This document shows, piece after piece, positions 49,901-63,700 of a stretch of DNA of 64,000 bases. The translations under genes were made by a program, and so were the position numbers. The DNA is taken from positions 1-64,000 of the forward strand of contig CATNEN010000039.1 of the NCBI GenBank assembly GCA_950097015.1, in the 5' to 3' direction. This stretch comes from Macrostomum hystrix. Its lineage: Eukaryota; Animalia; Platyhelminthes. The stretch's first letter is position 1, and each line of letters begins with the position of its first letter. Below the pieces are notes generated by a model. The model worked only from the letters and a program-made list of their open reading frames with translations, ran no database searches and was not told the origin of the DNA.

Positions 49901-52900
49901 GAGCCGATTCCTATGAGAGCCGATTCCTATGTGAGCCGATTCCTATGAGAGCCGATTCCTATGAGAGCCGATTCCTATGAGAGCCGATTCCTCTGAGAGC
50001 CGAATCCTATGAGAGCCGATTCCTATGAGGGCCGATTCCTATGAGAGCCGATTCCTATGAGAGCCGATTCCTATGAGAGCCGACTCCTATGAGAGCCGAT
50101 TCCTATGAGAGCCGATTCCTATGAGAGCCGATTCCTATGAGAGCCGATTCCTATGAGGGCCGATTCCTATGAGACCCGATTCCTATGAGAGCCGATTCCT
50201 ATAAGAGCCGATTCCTATGAGAGCCGATTCCTATGAGAGCCGATTCCTATGAGAGCCGATTCCTATGAGAGCCGATTTCTATGAGAGCCGATTCCTATGA
50301 GAGCCGATTCCTATGAGGGCCGATTCCTATTAGGGCCGATTCCTATGAGAGCCGATTCCTATGAGAGCCGATTCCTATGAGAGCCGATTCCTATGAGAGC
50401 CGATTCCTATGAGACCCGATTCCTATGAGGGCCGATTCCTATGAGAGCCGATTCCTATGAGAGCCGATTCCTATGAGAGCCGATTCCTATGAGAGCCGAT
50501 TCCTATGAGAGCCGATTCCTATGAGAGCCGATTCCTATGAGAGCCGATTCCTATGAGGGCCGATTCCTATGAGAGCCGATTCCTATACTATGAGGGCCGA
50601 TTCCTATGAGAGCCGATTCCTATGAGGGCCGATTCCTATGAGAGCCGATTCCTATGAGAGCCGATTCCTCTGAGAGCCGATTCCTATGAGGGCCGATTCC
50701 GATGAGAGCCGATTCCTATGAGAGCCGATTCCTATGAGAGCCGATTCCTCTGAGAGCCGATTCCTATGAGAGCCGATTCCTATGAGGGCCGATTCCTATG
50801 AGAGCCGATTACAATGAGAGCCGACTCCTATGAGAGCCGATTCCTATGAGAGCCGATTCCTATGAGAGCCGATTCCTATGAGAGCCGATTCCTATGAGGG
50901 CCGATTCCTATTAGGGCCGATTCCTATGAGAGCCGATTTCTATGAGAGCCGATTCCTATGAGAGCCGATTCCTATGTGAGCCGATTCCTATGAGAGCCGA
51001 TTCCTATGAGAGCCGATTCCTATGAGAGCCGATTCCTTTGAGAGCCGATTCCTATGAGAGCCGATTCCTATGAGAGCCGATTCCTATGAGGGCCGATTCC
51101 TATGAGAGCCGATTCCCTATGAGAGACAATTCCTATGAGAGCCGATTCCTATGAGAGCCGATTCCTATGTGAGCCGATTCCTATGAGACCCGATTCCTAT
51201 GAGAGCCGATTCCCTAATAGACCCGATTCCTATGAGAGCCGATTCCTCTGAGAGCCGATTCCTATGAGAGCCGATTCCTATGAGGGCCGATTCCTATGAG
51301 ACCCGATTCCTATGAGAGCCGATTCCTATAAGAGCCGATTCCTATGAGAGCCGATTCCTATGAGAGCCGATTCCTATGAGAGCCGATTCCTATGAGAGCC
51401 GATTTCTATGAGAGCCGATTCCTATGAGAGCCGATTCCTATGAGGGCCGATTCCTATTAGGGCCGATTCCTATGAGAGCCGATTCCTATGAGAGCCGATT
51501 CCTATGAGAGCCGATTCCTATGAGAGCCGATTCCTATGAGACCCGATTCCTATGAGGGCCGATTCCTATGAGAGCCGATTCCTATGAGAGCCGATTCCTA
51601 TGAGAGCCGATTCCTATGAGAGCCGATTCCTATGAGAGCCGATTCCTATGAGAGCCGATTCCTATGAGAGCCGATTCCTATGAGGGCCGATTCCTATGAG
51701 AGCCGATTCCTATACTATGAGGGCCGATTCCTATGAGAGCCGATTCCTATGAGGGCCGATTCCTATGAGAGCCGATTCCTATGAGAGCCGATTCCTATGA
51801 GAGCCGATTTCTATGAGAGCCGGATCCTATGGGAGCCGATTCCTATGAGAGCCGATTACTATGAGACCCGATTCCTATGAGAGCCGATAACTATGAGAGC
51901 CGATTCCTATGAGAGCCGATTCCTATGAGGGCCGATTCCTATGAGAGCCGATTCCTATGAGAGCCGATTCCTATGAGAGCCGATTCCTCTGAGAGCCGAT
52001 TCCTATGAGAGCCGATTCCTATGAGGGCCGATTCCTATGAGAGCCGATTCCAATGAGAGCCGACTCCTATGAGAGCCGATTCCTATGAGAGCCGATTCCT
52101 ATGAGAGCCGATTCCTATGAGAGCCGATTCCTATGAGGGCCGATTCCTATTAGGGCCGATTCCTATGAGAGCCGATTTCTATGAGAGCCGATTCCTATGA
52201 GAGCCGATTCCTATGTGAGCCGATTCCTATGAGAGCCGATTCCTATGAGAGCCGATTCCTCTGAGAGCCGATTCCTATGAGAGCCGATTCCTATGAGGGC
52301 CGATTCCTATGAGAGCCGATTCCTATGAGAGCCGATTCCTTTGAGAGCCGATTCCTATGAGAGCCGATTCCTATGAGAGCCGATTCCTATGAGGGCCGAT
52401 TCCTATGAGAGCCGATTCCTATGAGGGCCGATTCCTATGAGAGCCGATTCCCTATGAGAGCCAATTCCTATGAGAGCCGATTCTTATGAGAGCCGATTCC
52501 TATGTGAGCCGATTCCTATGAGACCCGATTCCTATGCGAGCCGATTCCCTAATAGACCCGATTCCTATGAGAGCCGATTCCTCTGAGAGCCGATTCCTAT
52601 GAGAGCCGATTCCTATGAGGGCCGATTCCTATGAGAGCCGATTCCTATGAGAGCCGATTCCTATGAGGGCCGATTCCTATGAGAGCCGATTCCTATGAGG
52701 GCCGATTCCTATGAGAGCCGATTCCCTATGAGAGCCGATTTCTATGAGAGCCGATTCCTATGAGAGCCGATTCCTATGAGAGCCGATTCCTATGAGAGCC
52801 GATTCCTATGAGAGCCGATTCCTATGAGAGCCGATTCCTATGAGAGCCGATTCCTATGAGAGCCGATTCCTATGAGAGCCGATTCCTATAAGAGCCGATT

Positions 52901-54202
52901 CCTATGAGGGCCGATTCCTATGAGAGCCGATTCCTATGAGAGCCGATTCCTATGAGAGCCGATTTCTATGAGAGCCGATTCCTATGAGAGCCGATTCCTA
53001 TGAGGGCCGATTACTATTAGGGCCGATTCCTATGAGAGCCGATTCCTATGAGAGCCGATTCCTATGAGAGCCGATTCCTATGAGACCCGATTCCTATGAG
53101 GGCCGATTCCTATGAGAGCCGATTCCTATGAGAGCCGATTCCTATGAGAGCCGATTCCTATGAGAGCCGATTCCTATGAGAGCCGATTCCTATGAGGGCC
53201 GATTCCGATGAGAGCCGATTCCTATGAGAGCCGATTCCTATGAGAGCCGATTCCTCTGAGAGCCGATTCCTATGAGAGCCGATTCCTATGAGGGCCGATT
53301 CCTATGAGAGCCGATTCCAATGAGAGCCGACTCCTATGAGAGCCGATTCCTATGAGAGCCGATTCCTATGAGAGCCGATTCCTATGAGAGCCGATTCCTA
53401 TGAGGGCCGATTCCTATTAGGGCCGATTCCTATGAGAGCCGATTTCTATGAGAGCCGATTCCTATGAGAGCCGATTCCTATGTGAACCGATTCCTATGAG
53501 AGCCGATTCCTATGAGAGCCGATTCCTCTGAGAGCCGATTCCTATGAGAGCCGATTCCTATAAGGGCCGATTCCTATGAGAGCCGATTCCTATGAGAGCC
53601 GATTCCTTTGAGAGCCGATTCCTATGAGAGCCGATTCCTATGAGAGCCGATTCCTATGAGGGCCGATTCCTATGAGAGCCGATTCCTATGAGGGCCGATT
53701 CCTATGAGAGCCGATTCCCTATGAGAGCCAATTCCTATGAGAGCCGATTCCTATGAGAGCCGATTCCTATGTGAGCCGATTCCTATGAGACCCGATTCCT
53801 ATGAGAGCCGATTCCCTAATAGACCCGATTCCTATGAGAGCCGATTCCTCTGAGAGCCGATTCCTATGAGAGCCGATTCCTATGAGGGCCGATTCCTATG
53901 AGACCCGATTCCTATGAGAGCCGATTCCTATAAGAGCCGATTCCTATGAGAGCAGATTCCTATGAGAGCCGATTCCTATGAGAGCCGATTCCTATGAGAG
54001 CCGATTTCTATGAGAGCCGATTCCTATGAGAGCCGATTCCTATGAGGGCCGATTCCTATTAGGGCCGATTCCTATGAGAGCCGATTCCTATGAGAGCCGA
54101 TTCCTATGAGAGCCGATTCCTATGAGAGCCGATTCCTATGAGACCCGATTCCTATGAGGGCCGATTCCTATGAGAGCCGATTCCTATGAGAGCCGATTCC
54201 TA
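40947..54202 (+). repeat. 16-bp satellite GAGAGCCGATTCCTAT, ~13.3 kb, with ~2.6-2.8 kb higher-order periodicity
   Basis: Marker TCCTATACTATG at ~42629, 45391, 47961, 50581, 51708. Confidence 0.98.
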
Positions 54203-54956
54203 ACTCGAGGCCAGCCGCCCAGCTCTGCGTGGGCAGCAACTCGAGGAGCCGCCGCCCCGATTCCGCATCGCCGGGCCAGACGACGAAGCACGATTCCCTG
54301 GTAGCGCTTGCGCCGACCGCCAGGGGCTCGCCCTTCAGTTGAAGTTGCCACAACATAGCATCTATGTTGCGGCAAATGTCGCTGAGCTGTTCGCTGCTCA
54401 GCCTTTTCCCGTCTCTGCCGGTGATGATGACGGCAGGTTGCCTACGTGCGATGGCGGCGTAGGTAGCTTGTGGTCCCGGGCCCTGTCCGGTGGCGTCCCC
54501 ACCCTCGGGATCTGCGTCGGCGGTGGGCACAGGGCCCTCCGCCTCCGCTTCTCCTTCGGGCCGGGCAGCCGTCCGGATGGGCGCCGGGCCCTCCTTGGCC
54601 CGCGACCCTGGCCTCGGGGCGTCGTGGGCTCCGCCCCGTGCAGGAGCCTGGGCAGGAGGCACAAGGCCCCCCGCCCCAGCCCCCGCCCTAGGCAGAGCCC
54701 CTTCGGCCCCTCTGGCCTGGGCCTGGTCCTTGGACAATGGAGCCGACGTGCCGTGGGCCAGCATGCGCCTACGGCGTTTTGCCGCTCCAGAGGTGGTGGA
54801 GCGCTTAGCGCCCCGGTCATCGCGCGAGTTGGGCAGCGCGGCATTTGTGGCGGTCGCGGGGCCAGCTAGCCCGGGCGCCGCAGCGTGTATGGCCTCAGGC
54901 ACCATGGTGTCCTCGGCCGGAGCAGTTGAAGGGCTAGAAGCCATTGAAAGCTGCAA
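54203..54956 (-). pseudogene. 3'-truncated non-LTR ORF1 (DUF4780-like)
   Basis: ~250 open codons running into the satellite; motif resemblance by eye. Confidence 0.6.
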
Positions 54957-55613
54957 TGAAGAGAGGGGCTTCCTGTAGACACAGGCAGGAATAACCCGCT
55001 CAGCCGCGATCCCAAAACTGAGCGGGGGCAGCCAAAAAAGACAAGTTACAACCCGGGGTGGGATGCCAGGACCACCGGGAGGAACCGTAGGAGACCAGAC
55101 TACTCCCTGGCCAAGCGTCCATCAGCACGGTCAACACTGGGACATTGGAGGGTGCCATTTAGCCGGCGCCGAGGCCTGCGGGCTGGCCGCAAACCCTGTT
55201 AAGGTCAAAGGGTGACACCTGTCCCTCAGGGCCGTAGCCAGAGGTACCTGATCACGCACAGGTGCACGAAAATTGCGGACAAGCCACATACCCTGTTAAG
55301 GTCAAAGGGTGACACCTTTCCCTCCAGCCGGGGCTAGAGGTACCCAGTTTGGCCGGAGGCCCTGGATGGGTCATCCAGCGCTGTTGCCCATTCTGTCCGG
55401 CTGCCCTAGGGTCAGCCTTGAACACTCGCGGGACGTGTACCCATGGGTCAGCTGACGGGACAGCGTTGGAGGGATTCCTGCACCCGAAGGTACAGGTCTC
55501 CTTCCTGCCAGGCCTGCTCAAAAAACGGCTGCAGGTGTGAGGCATCGCAGACCAAAGCCCGTGGGCCTGGACTGACTCATACCTCACAGGCACTGTGTCC
55601 CGCCGGTGCGAGC
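54203..55613 (-). mobile_element. 5' portion (5'UTR plus truncated ORF1) of a LOA/R1-group non-LTR retrotransposon
   Basis: GC-rich; ORF 54168..54956 has SGAAKRRRR, TYAAIAR, LSSEQL and W-AAGLEL features resembling DUF4780-type ORF1; truncated by the satellite. Confidence 0.65.
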
Positions 55614-56648
55614 GAATCGGCCCTCATAGGAATCGGCTTTCATAGGAATCGGCTCTCATAGGAATCGGCTCTCATAGGAATCGGCTCTCATAGGAATCGG
55701 CTCTCATAGGAATCGGCCCTCATAGGAATGGGCCCTCATAGGAATCGGCTCTCAAAGGAATCGGCCCTCATAGGAATCGGCTCTCATAGGAATCGGCTCT
55801 CATAGGAATCGGGTCTCATAGGAATCGGCTCTGATAGGAATCGGCTCTCATAGGAATCGGCTCTCATAGGAATCGGCCCTCATAGGAATCGGCCCTCATA
55901 GGAATCGGCTCTCAAAGGAATCGGCCCTCATAGGAATCGGCTCTCATAGGAATCGGCTCTCATAGGAATCGGCTCTCATAGGAATCGGCTCTCATAGGAA
56001 TCGGGTCTCATAGGAATCGGCTCTCATAGGAACCGATAGGAATCGGCTCTCATAGGAATCGGCTCTCATAGGAATCGTGTCTCATAGGAATCGGCCCTCA
56101 TAGGAATCGGCTCTCATAGGAATCGGGTCTCATAGGAATCGGCTCTCTTAGGAATCGGCTCTCATAGGAATCGGCTCTCATAGGAATCGGCTCTCATAGG
56201 AATCGGCTCTCATAGGAATCGGCCCTCATAGGAATGGGCCCTCATAGGAATCGGCTCTCAAAGGAATCGGCCCTCATAGGAATCGGCTCTCATAGGAATC
56301 GGCTCTCATAGGAATCGGGTCTCATAGGAATCGGCTCTGATAGGAATCGGCTCTCATAGGAATCGGCTCTCATAGGAATCGGCCCTCATAGGAATCGGCC
56401 CTCATAGGAATCGGCTCTCAAAGGAATCGGCCCTCATAGGAATCGGCTCTCATAGGAATCGGCTCTCATAGGAATCGGCTCTCATAGGAATCGGCTCTCA
56501 TAGGAATCGGGTCTCATAGGAATCGGCTCTCATAGGAACCGATAGGAATCGGCTCTCATAGGAATCGGCTCTCATAGGAATCGTGTCTCATAGGAATCGG
56601 CTCTCATAGGAATCGGCTCTCATAGGAATCGGCTCTCATAGGAATCGG
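55614..56648 (-). repeat. Inverted block of the 16-bp satellite (ATAGGAATCGGCTCTC on +)
   Basis: Reverse-complement units between the two retrotransposon fragments. Confidence 0.97.
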
Positions 56649-57764
56649 TTTCCCTGGGTGCTAGTGGCGCTAGCCCATATGAGGCTGGCGTACGAGATCG
56701 AGGGTCTGATGATCGTGGTGTAGATCCACCAGAGCTTCTGGGGGGTGAGGCCCCAAGTGGTGCCAACGGCTCGCCTGACTTGCGCCAGGGTCGCCAGGGC
56801 CCTCTTGGTTTTGAAACGGAGGTGGTGACTCCAGTTCTATGGTCCTATGGTCCTATGGTCCAAGATCAGACCAAGGCAGCGAGTTTGCTTGCTCATGGCG
56901 ATGTCCTTGCCGTAGAGAGTGAGGGGTTTTATGGTCCAACGCAGCTTGCTGGTAAACATGATCGCCACGGTCTTGGACTCGGAGAGTCTGAGCCCGCAGC
57001 GCGTCGCCCAGCTTTCAGCTCTGTTGATGAAACCCTGAACGAGGTCTCTGGTGGTTTCCGCTGAAGGTCCCGCACAGGTGGCGGTCACATCATCGGCGTA
57101 TCCCACTTTTTGGACCGGATCTTGCGGAGCATCTTCAAGCAGCTCATCCATGACAAGATTCCAAAGAAGAGGAGTAAGGACCCCGCCCTGAGGGCCCCCT
57201 TTCTGGACTGGCGCTGAAAGCGTGTGCCCATTGAGGTTGGCCACAACAGAGCGGTGTTGGATCATGTACATAATCCAGCGGACAAGGTGGGGGTGCGTGG
57301 CTCTAGATTCAAGAGCTCTACGGAACGCTTCGAAACGGACGTTGTCGAAGGCCCCCTCGATGTCGATGAAGACGGAAAGAGCAAAACTGTTACCCAGCAC
57401 TGCTCGTTCCAGCTTTTCCACGATGGAGTGGAGAGCGCTCTCAGTGGATCTGCCAGCCCTAAAGGCGTGCTGGTTCTGAGAGAGAGGAGAGCTCCACAGA
57501 GAGGAGGCGCCAGAGCACCAGTCTCTCAAGCAGCTTCAGTAAGGAGGAAGTCAGGCTGATAGGACGGTAGGCCTTGACTGATTGATAGTCGTCTTTTGCG
57601 GGCTTGGGAAGGAAGACCACGCGGGCCTCCCTCCAGGTGGCTGGTACATAGACCAGCTCCACGCAGGCCCGCAGAAGCTGACAGAGAATGTCCAGGAAGC
57701 AGGGATTTTTCACTGCCTCGTGCAAGAAGACCGGGTAAATGCCGTCTGGGCCCGGAGCCTTGTA
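56649..57764 (-). pseudogene. Non-LTR reverse transcriptase fragment (LOA/R1-like), frameshifted and truncated at both ends
   Basis: KAPGPDG, WREARVVFLPK, YRPISLTS, QHAFRAGRST, FIDIEGAFDNV, KGGPQGGVLTPLLWN, GYADDV, LGLILD, TWGLTP; frameshift near 57480-57500 and disruption at 56837-56860. Confidence 0.93.
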
Positions 57765-60700
57765 CGGATTCCTTTGAGAGCCGATTCCTTTGAGACCCGA
57801 TTCCTATGAGAGCCGATTCCTATGAGAGCCGATTCCTATGAGACCCGATTCCTATGAGGGCCGATTCCTATGAGACCCGATTCCTATGAGAGCCGATTCC
57901 TATGAGAGCCGATTCCTATGAGAGCCGATTCCTATGAGAGCCGATTCCTATGAGAGCCGGTTCCTATCGGTTCCTATGAGAGCCGGTTCCTATCGGTTCC
58001 TTTGAGAGCCGATTCCTATGAGAGCCGATTCCTATCGGTTCCTATGAGAGCCGATTCCTATGAGACCCGATTCCTATGAGAGCCGGTTCCTATCGGTTCC
58101 TATGAGAGCCGGTTCCTATCGGTTCCTATGAGACCCGATTCCTATGAGAGCCGATTCCTATGAGAACCGATTCCTATGAGAGCCGATTCCTATGAGAGCC
58201 GATTCCTATGAGAGCCGATTCCTATGAGAGCCGATTCCTATGAGAGCCGATTCCTATGAGAGCCGATTCCTATGAGAGCCGATTCCTATGCGGGCCGATT
58301 CCTATGAGAGCCGATTCCTATGAGGGCGGATTCCTTTGAGAGCCGATTCCTTTGAGGGCCGATTCCTATGAGGGCCGATTCCTATGAGAGCCGATTCCTA
58401 TGAGGGCCGATTCCTATGAGGGCCGATTCCTATGAGAGCCGATTCCTATGAGAGCCGATTCCTATTAGAGCCGATTCCTATGAGAGCCGATTCCTATGAG
58501 AGCCGATTCCTATCGGTTCCTATGAGACCCGATTCCTATGAGAGCCGATTCCTATGACAGCCGATTCCTATGAGAGCCGATTCCTATGAGAGCCGATTCC
58601 TATCGGTTCCTATGAGAGCCGTTTCCTATGAGACCCGATTCCTATGAGAGCCGATTCCTATCGGTTCCTATGAGAGCCGATTCCTATGAGACCCGATTCC
58701 TATGAGAGCCGGTTCCTATCGGTTCCTATGAGAGCCGGTTCCTATCGGTTCCTATGAGACCCGATTCCTATGAGAGCCGATTCCTATGAGAACCGATTCC
58801 TATGAGAGCCGATTCCTATGAGAGCCGATTCCTATGAGAGCCGATTCCTATGAGAGCCGATTCCTATGAGAGCCGATTCCTATGAGGGCCGATTCCTATG
58901 AGAGCCGATTCCTATGAGGGCCGATTCCTATGAGAGCCGATTCCTATGAGAGCCGATCCTATGAGAGCCGATTCCTATGAGAGCCGATTCGTATGAGACC
59001 CGATTCCTATGAGACCCGATTCCTATGAGAGCCGATTCCTATGAGAGCCGATTCCTATGAGAGCCGATTCCTATGAGAGCCGATTCCTATGAGGGCCGAT
59101 TCCTTTGAGAGCCGATTCCTATGAGAGCCGATTCCTATGAGGGCCGATTCCTATGAGAGCCGATTCCTATGAGAGCCGATTCCTATGAGAGCCGATTCCT
59201 ATGAGACCCGATTCCTATGAGACCCGATTCCTATGAGGGCCGATTCCTATGAGAGCCGATTCCTATGAGAGCCGATTTCTATGAGGGCGGATTCCTTTGA
59301 GAGCCGATTCCTTTGAGGGCCGATTCCTATGAGGGCCGATTCCTATGAGAGCCGATTCCTATGAGGGCCGATTCCTATGAGGGCCGATTCCTATGAGACC
59401 CGATTCCTATGAGAGCCGATTCCTATGAGAGCCGATTCCTATGAGAGCCGATTCCTATGAGAGCCGATTCCTATCGGTTCCTATGAGACCCGATTCCTAT
59501 GAGAGCCGATTCCTATGACAGCCGATTCCTATGAGAGCCGATTCCTATGAGAGCCGATTCCTATCGGTTCCTATGAGAGCCGTTTCCTATGAGACCCGAT
59601 TCCTATGAGAGCCGATTCCTATGAGGGCTGATTCCTATGAGAGCCGATTCCTATGAGACCCGATTCCTATGAGAGCCGATTCCTATCGGTTCCTATGAGA
59701 GCCGATTCCTATGAGAACCGATTCCTAAGAGAGCCGGTTCCGATCGGTTCCTATGAGTGCCGGTTCCTATCGGTTCCTATGAGAGCCGGTTCCTATCGGT
59801 TCCTATGAGAGCTGATTCCTATGAGACCCGATTCCTATGAGAGCCGGTTCCTATCGGTTCCTTTGAGAGCCGGTTCCTATCGGTTCCGATGAGACCCGAT
59901 TCCTATGAGAGCCGATTCCTATGAGAGCCGATTCCTATGAGAGCCGATTCCTATGAGAGCCGATTCCTGTGAGACCCGATTCCTATGAGAGCCGATTCCT
60001 ATGAGAGCCGATTCCTATGAGAGCCGATTCCTATGAGAGCCGATTCCTATCAGGGCCGATTCCTATGAGGGCCGATTCCTATGAGGGCCGATTCCTATGA
60101 GAGCCGATTCCTATGAGAGCCGATTCCTATGAGAGCCGATTCCTATGTGAGCCGATTCCTATGAGAGCCGATTCCTATCGGTCCCTATGAGACCCGATTC
60201 CTATGAGAGCCGATTCCTATGAGAGCCGATTCCTATGAGAGCCGATTCCTATGAGAGCCGATTCCTATGAGAGCCGATTCCTATCGGTCCCTATGAGACC
60301 CGATTCCTATGAGGGCCGATTCCTATGAGAGCCGATTCCTATGAGGGCCGATTCCTATGAGAGCCGATTCCTATGAGAGCCGATTCCTATGAGACCCGAT
60401 TCCTATGAGGGCCGATTCCTATGAGAGCCGATTCCTATGAGAGCCGATTCCTATGAGAGCCGATTCCTTTGAGACCCGATTCCTATGAGAGCCGATTCCT
60501 ATGAGAGCCGATTCCTATGAGACCCGATTCCTATGAGAGCCGGTTCCTATCGGTTCCTATGAGAGCCGGTTCCTATCGGTTCCTATGAGAGCCGATTCCT
60601 ATGAGAGCCGATTCCTATGTGAGCCGATTCCTATGAGACCCGATTCCTATGAGAGCCGATTCCTCTGAGAGGCGATTCCTATGAGAGCCGATTCCTATAA

Positions 60701-63700
60701 GACCCGATTCCTATGAGAGCCGATTCCTATGAGAGCCGATTCCTATGAGAGCCGATTCCTATCAGGGCCGATTCCTATGAGGGCGGATTCCTATGATACC
60801 CGATTTCTATGAGAGCCGATTCCTATGAGACCCGATTCCTATGAGAGCCGGTTCCTATCGGTTCCTATGAGAGCCGGTTCCTATCGGTTCCTATGAGAGC
60901 CGATTCCTATGAGAGCCGATTCCTATGTGAGCCGATTCCTATGAGACCCGATTCCTATGAGAGCCGATTCCTCTGAGAGCCGATTCCTATGAGAGCCGAT
61001 TCCTATAAGACCCGATTCCTATGAGAGCCGATTCCTATGAGAGCCGATTCCTATGAGAGCCGATTCCTATCAGGGCCGATTCTTATGAGGGCCGATTCCT
61101 ATGAGGGCCAATTCCTATGAGGGCCGATTCCTATGAGAGCCGATTCCTATGAGAGCCGATTCCTATGAGAGCCGATTCCTATGAGAGCCGATTCCTATGA
61201 GAGCCGAATCCTATGAGAGCCGATTCCTATAAGAGCCGATTCCTGTGAGACCCGATTCCTATGAGAGCCGATTCCTATGAGAGCCGATTCCTATGAGAGC
61301 CGATTCCTATGAGAGCCGATTCCTATCAGGGCCGATTCCTATGAGAGCCGATTCCTATGAGAGCCGATTCCTATGAGACCCGATTCCTATGAGAGCCGAT
61401 TCCTAGGAGAGCCGATTCCTATGAGAGCCGATTCCTATCAGAGCCGATTCCTATCGGTTCCTTTGAGAGCCGATTCCTATGAGACCCGATTCCTATGAGA
61501 GCCGATTCCTATGAGAGCCGATTCCTATGAGAGCCGATCCTATGAGAGCCGATTCCTATGAGACCCGATTCCTATGAGACCCGATTCCTATGAGGGCCGA
61601 TTCCTATGAGAGCCGATTCCTATGAGAGCCGATTTCTATGAGGGCGGATTCCTTTGAGAGCCGATTCCTTTGAGGGCCGATTCCTATGAGGGCCGATTCC
61701 TATGAGAGCCGATTCCTATGAGGGCCGATTCCTATGAGGGCCGATTCCTATGAGACCCGATTCCTATGAGAGCCGATTCCTATGAGAGCCGATTCCTATG
61801 AGAGCCGATTCCTATGAGAGCCGATTCCTATCGGTTCCTATGAGACCCGATTCCTATGAGAGCCGATTCCTATGACAGCCGATTCCTATGAGAGCCGATT
61901 CCTATGAGAGCCGATTCCTATCGGTTCCTATGAGAGCCGTTTCCTATGAGACCCGATTCCTATGAGAGCCGATTCCTATGAGGGCTGATTCCTATGAGAG
62001 CCGATTCCTATGAGACCCGATTCCTATGAGAGCCGATTCCTATCGGTTCCTATGAGAGCCGATTCCTATGAGAACCGATTCCTAAGAGAGCCGGTTCCGA
62101 TCGGTTCCTATGAGTGCCGGTTCCTATCGGTTCCTATGAGAGCCGGTTCCTATCGGTTCCTATGAGAGCTGATTCCTATGAGACCCGATTCCTATGAGAG
62201 CCGGTTCCTATCGGTTCCTTTGAGAGCCGGTTCCTATCGGTTCCGATGAGACCCGATTCCTATGAGAGCCGATTCCTATGAGAGCCGATTCCTATGAGAG
62301 CCGATTCCTATGAGAGCCGATTCCTGTGAGACCCGATTCCTATGAGAGCCGATTCCTATGAGAGCCGATTCCTATGAGAGCCGATTCCTATGAGAGCCGA
62401 TTCCTATCAGGGCCGATTCCTATGAGGGCCGATTCCTATGAGGGCCGATTCCTATGAGAGCCGATTCCTATGAGAGCCGATTCCTATGAGAGCCGATTCC
62501 TATGTGAGCCGATTCCTATGAGAGCCGATTCCTATCGGTCCCTATGAGACCCGATTCCTATGAGAGCCGATTCCTATGAGAGCCGATTCCTATGAGAGCC
62601 GATTCCTATGAGAGCCGATTCCTATGAGAGCCGATTCCTATCGGTCCCTATGAGACCCGATTCCTATGAGGGCCGATTCCTATGAGAGCCGATTCCTATG
62701 AGGGCCGATTCCTATGAGAGCCGATTCCTATGAGAGCCGATTCCTATGAGACCCGATTCCTATGAGGGCCGATTCCTATGAGAGCCGATTCCTATGAGAG
62801 CCGATTCCTATGAGAGCCGATTCCTTTGAGACCCGATTCCTATGAGAGCCGATTCCTATGAGAGCCGATTCCTATGAGACCCGATTCCTATGAGAGCCGG
62901 TTCCTATCGGTTCCTATGAGAGCCGGTTCCTATCGGTTCCTATGAGAGCCGATTCCTATGAGAGCCGATTCCTATGTGAGCCGATTCCTATGAGACCCGA
63001 TTCCTATGAGAGCCGATTCCTCTGAGAGGCGATTCCTATGAGAGCCGATTCCTATAAGACCCGATTCCTATGAGAGCCGATTCCTATGAGAGCCGATTCC
63101 TATGAGAGCCGATTCCTATCAGGGCCGATTCCTATGAGGGCGGATTCCTATGATACCCGATTTCTATGAGAGCCGATTCCTATGAGACCCGATTCCTATG
63201 AGAGCCGGTTCCTATCGGTTCCTATGAGAGCCGGTTCCTATCGGTTCCTATGAGAGCCGATTCCTATGAGAGCCGATTCCTATGTGAGCCGATTCCTATG
63301 AGACCCGATTCCTATGAGAGCCGATTCCTCTGAGAGCCGATTCCTATGAGAGCCGATTCCTATAAGACCCGATTCCTATGAGAGCCGATTCCTATGAGAG
63401 CCGATTCCTATGAGAGCCGATTCCTATCAGGGCCGATTCTTATGAGGGCCGATTCCTATGAGGGCCAATTCCTATGAGGGCCGATTCCTATGAGAGCCGA
63501 TTCCTATGAGAGCCGATTCCTATGAGAGCCGATTCCTATGAGAGCCGATTCCTATGAGAGCCGAATCCTATGAGAGCCGATTCCTATAAGAGCCGATTCC
63601 TGTGAGACCCGATTCCTATGAGAGCCGATTCCTATGAGAGCCGATTCCTATGAGAGCCGATTCCTATGAGAGCCGATTCCTATCAGGGCCGATTCCTATG

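Noticed and set aside
56837-56860. (CTATGGTC)3 inside the RT fragment as a seed of the 16-bp satellite
   Set aside because: Shares only TCCTATG with the satellite; simple slippage duplication explains it
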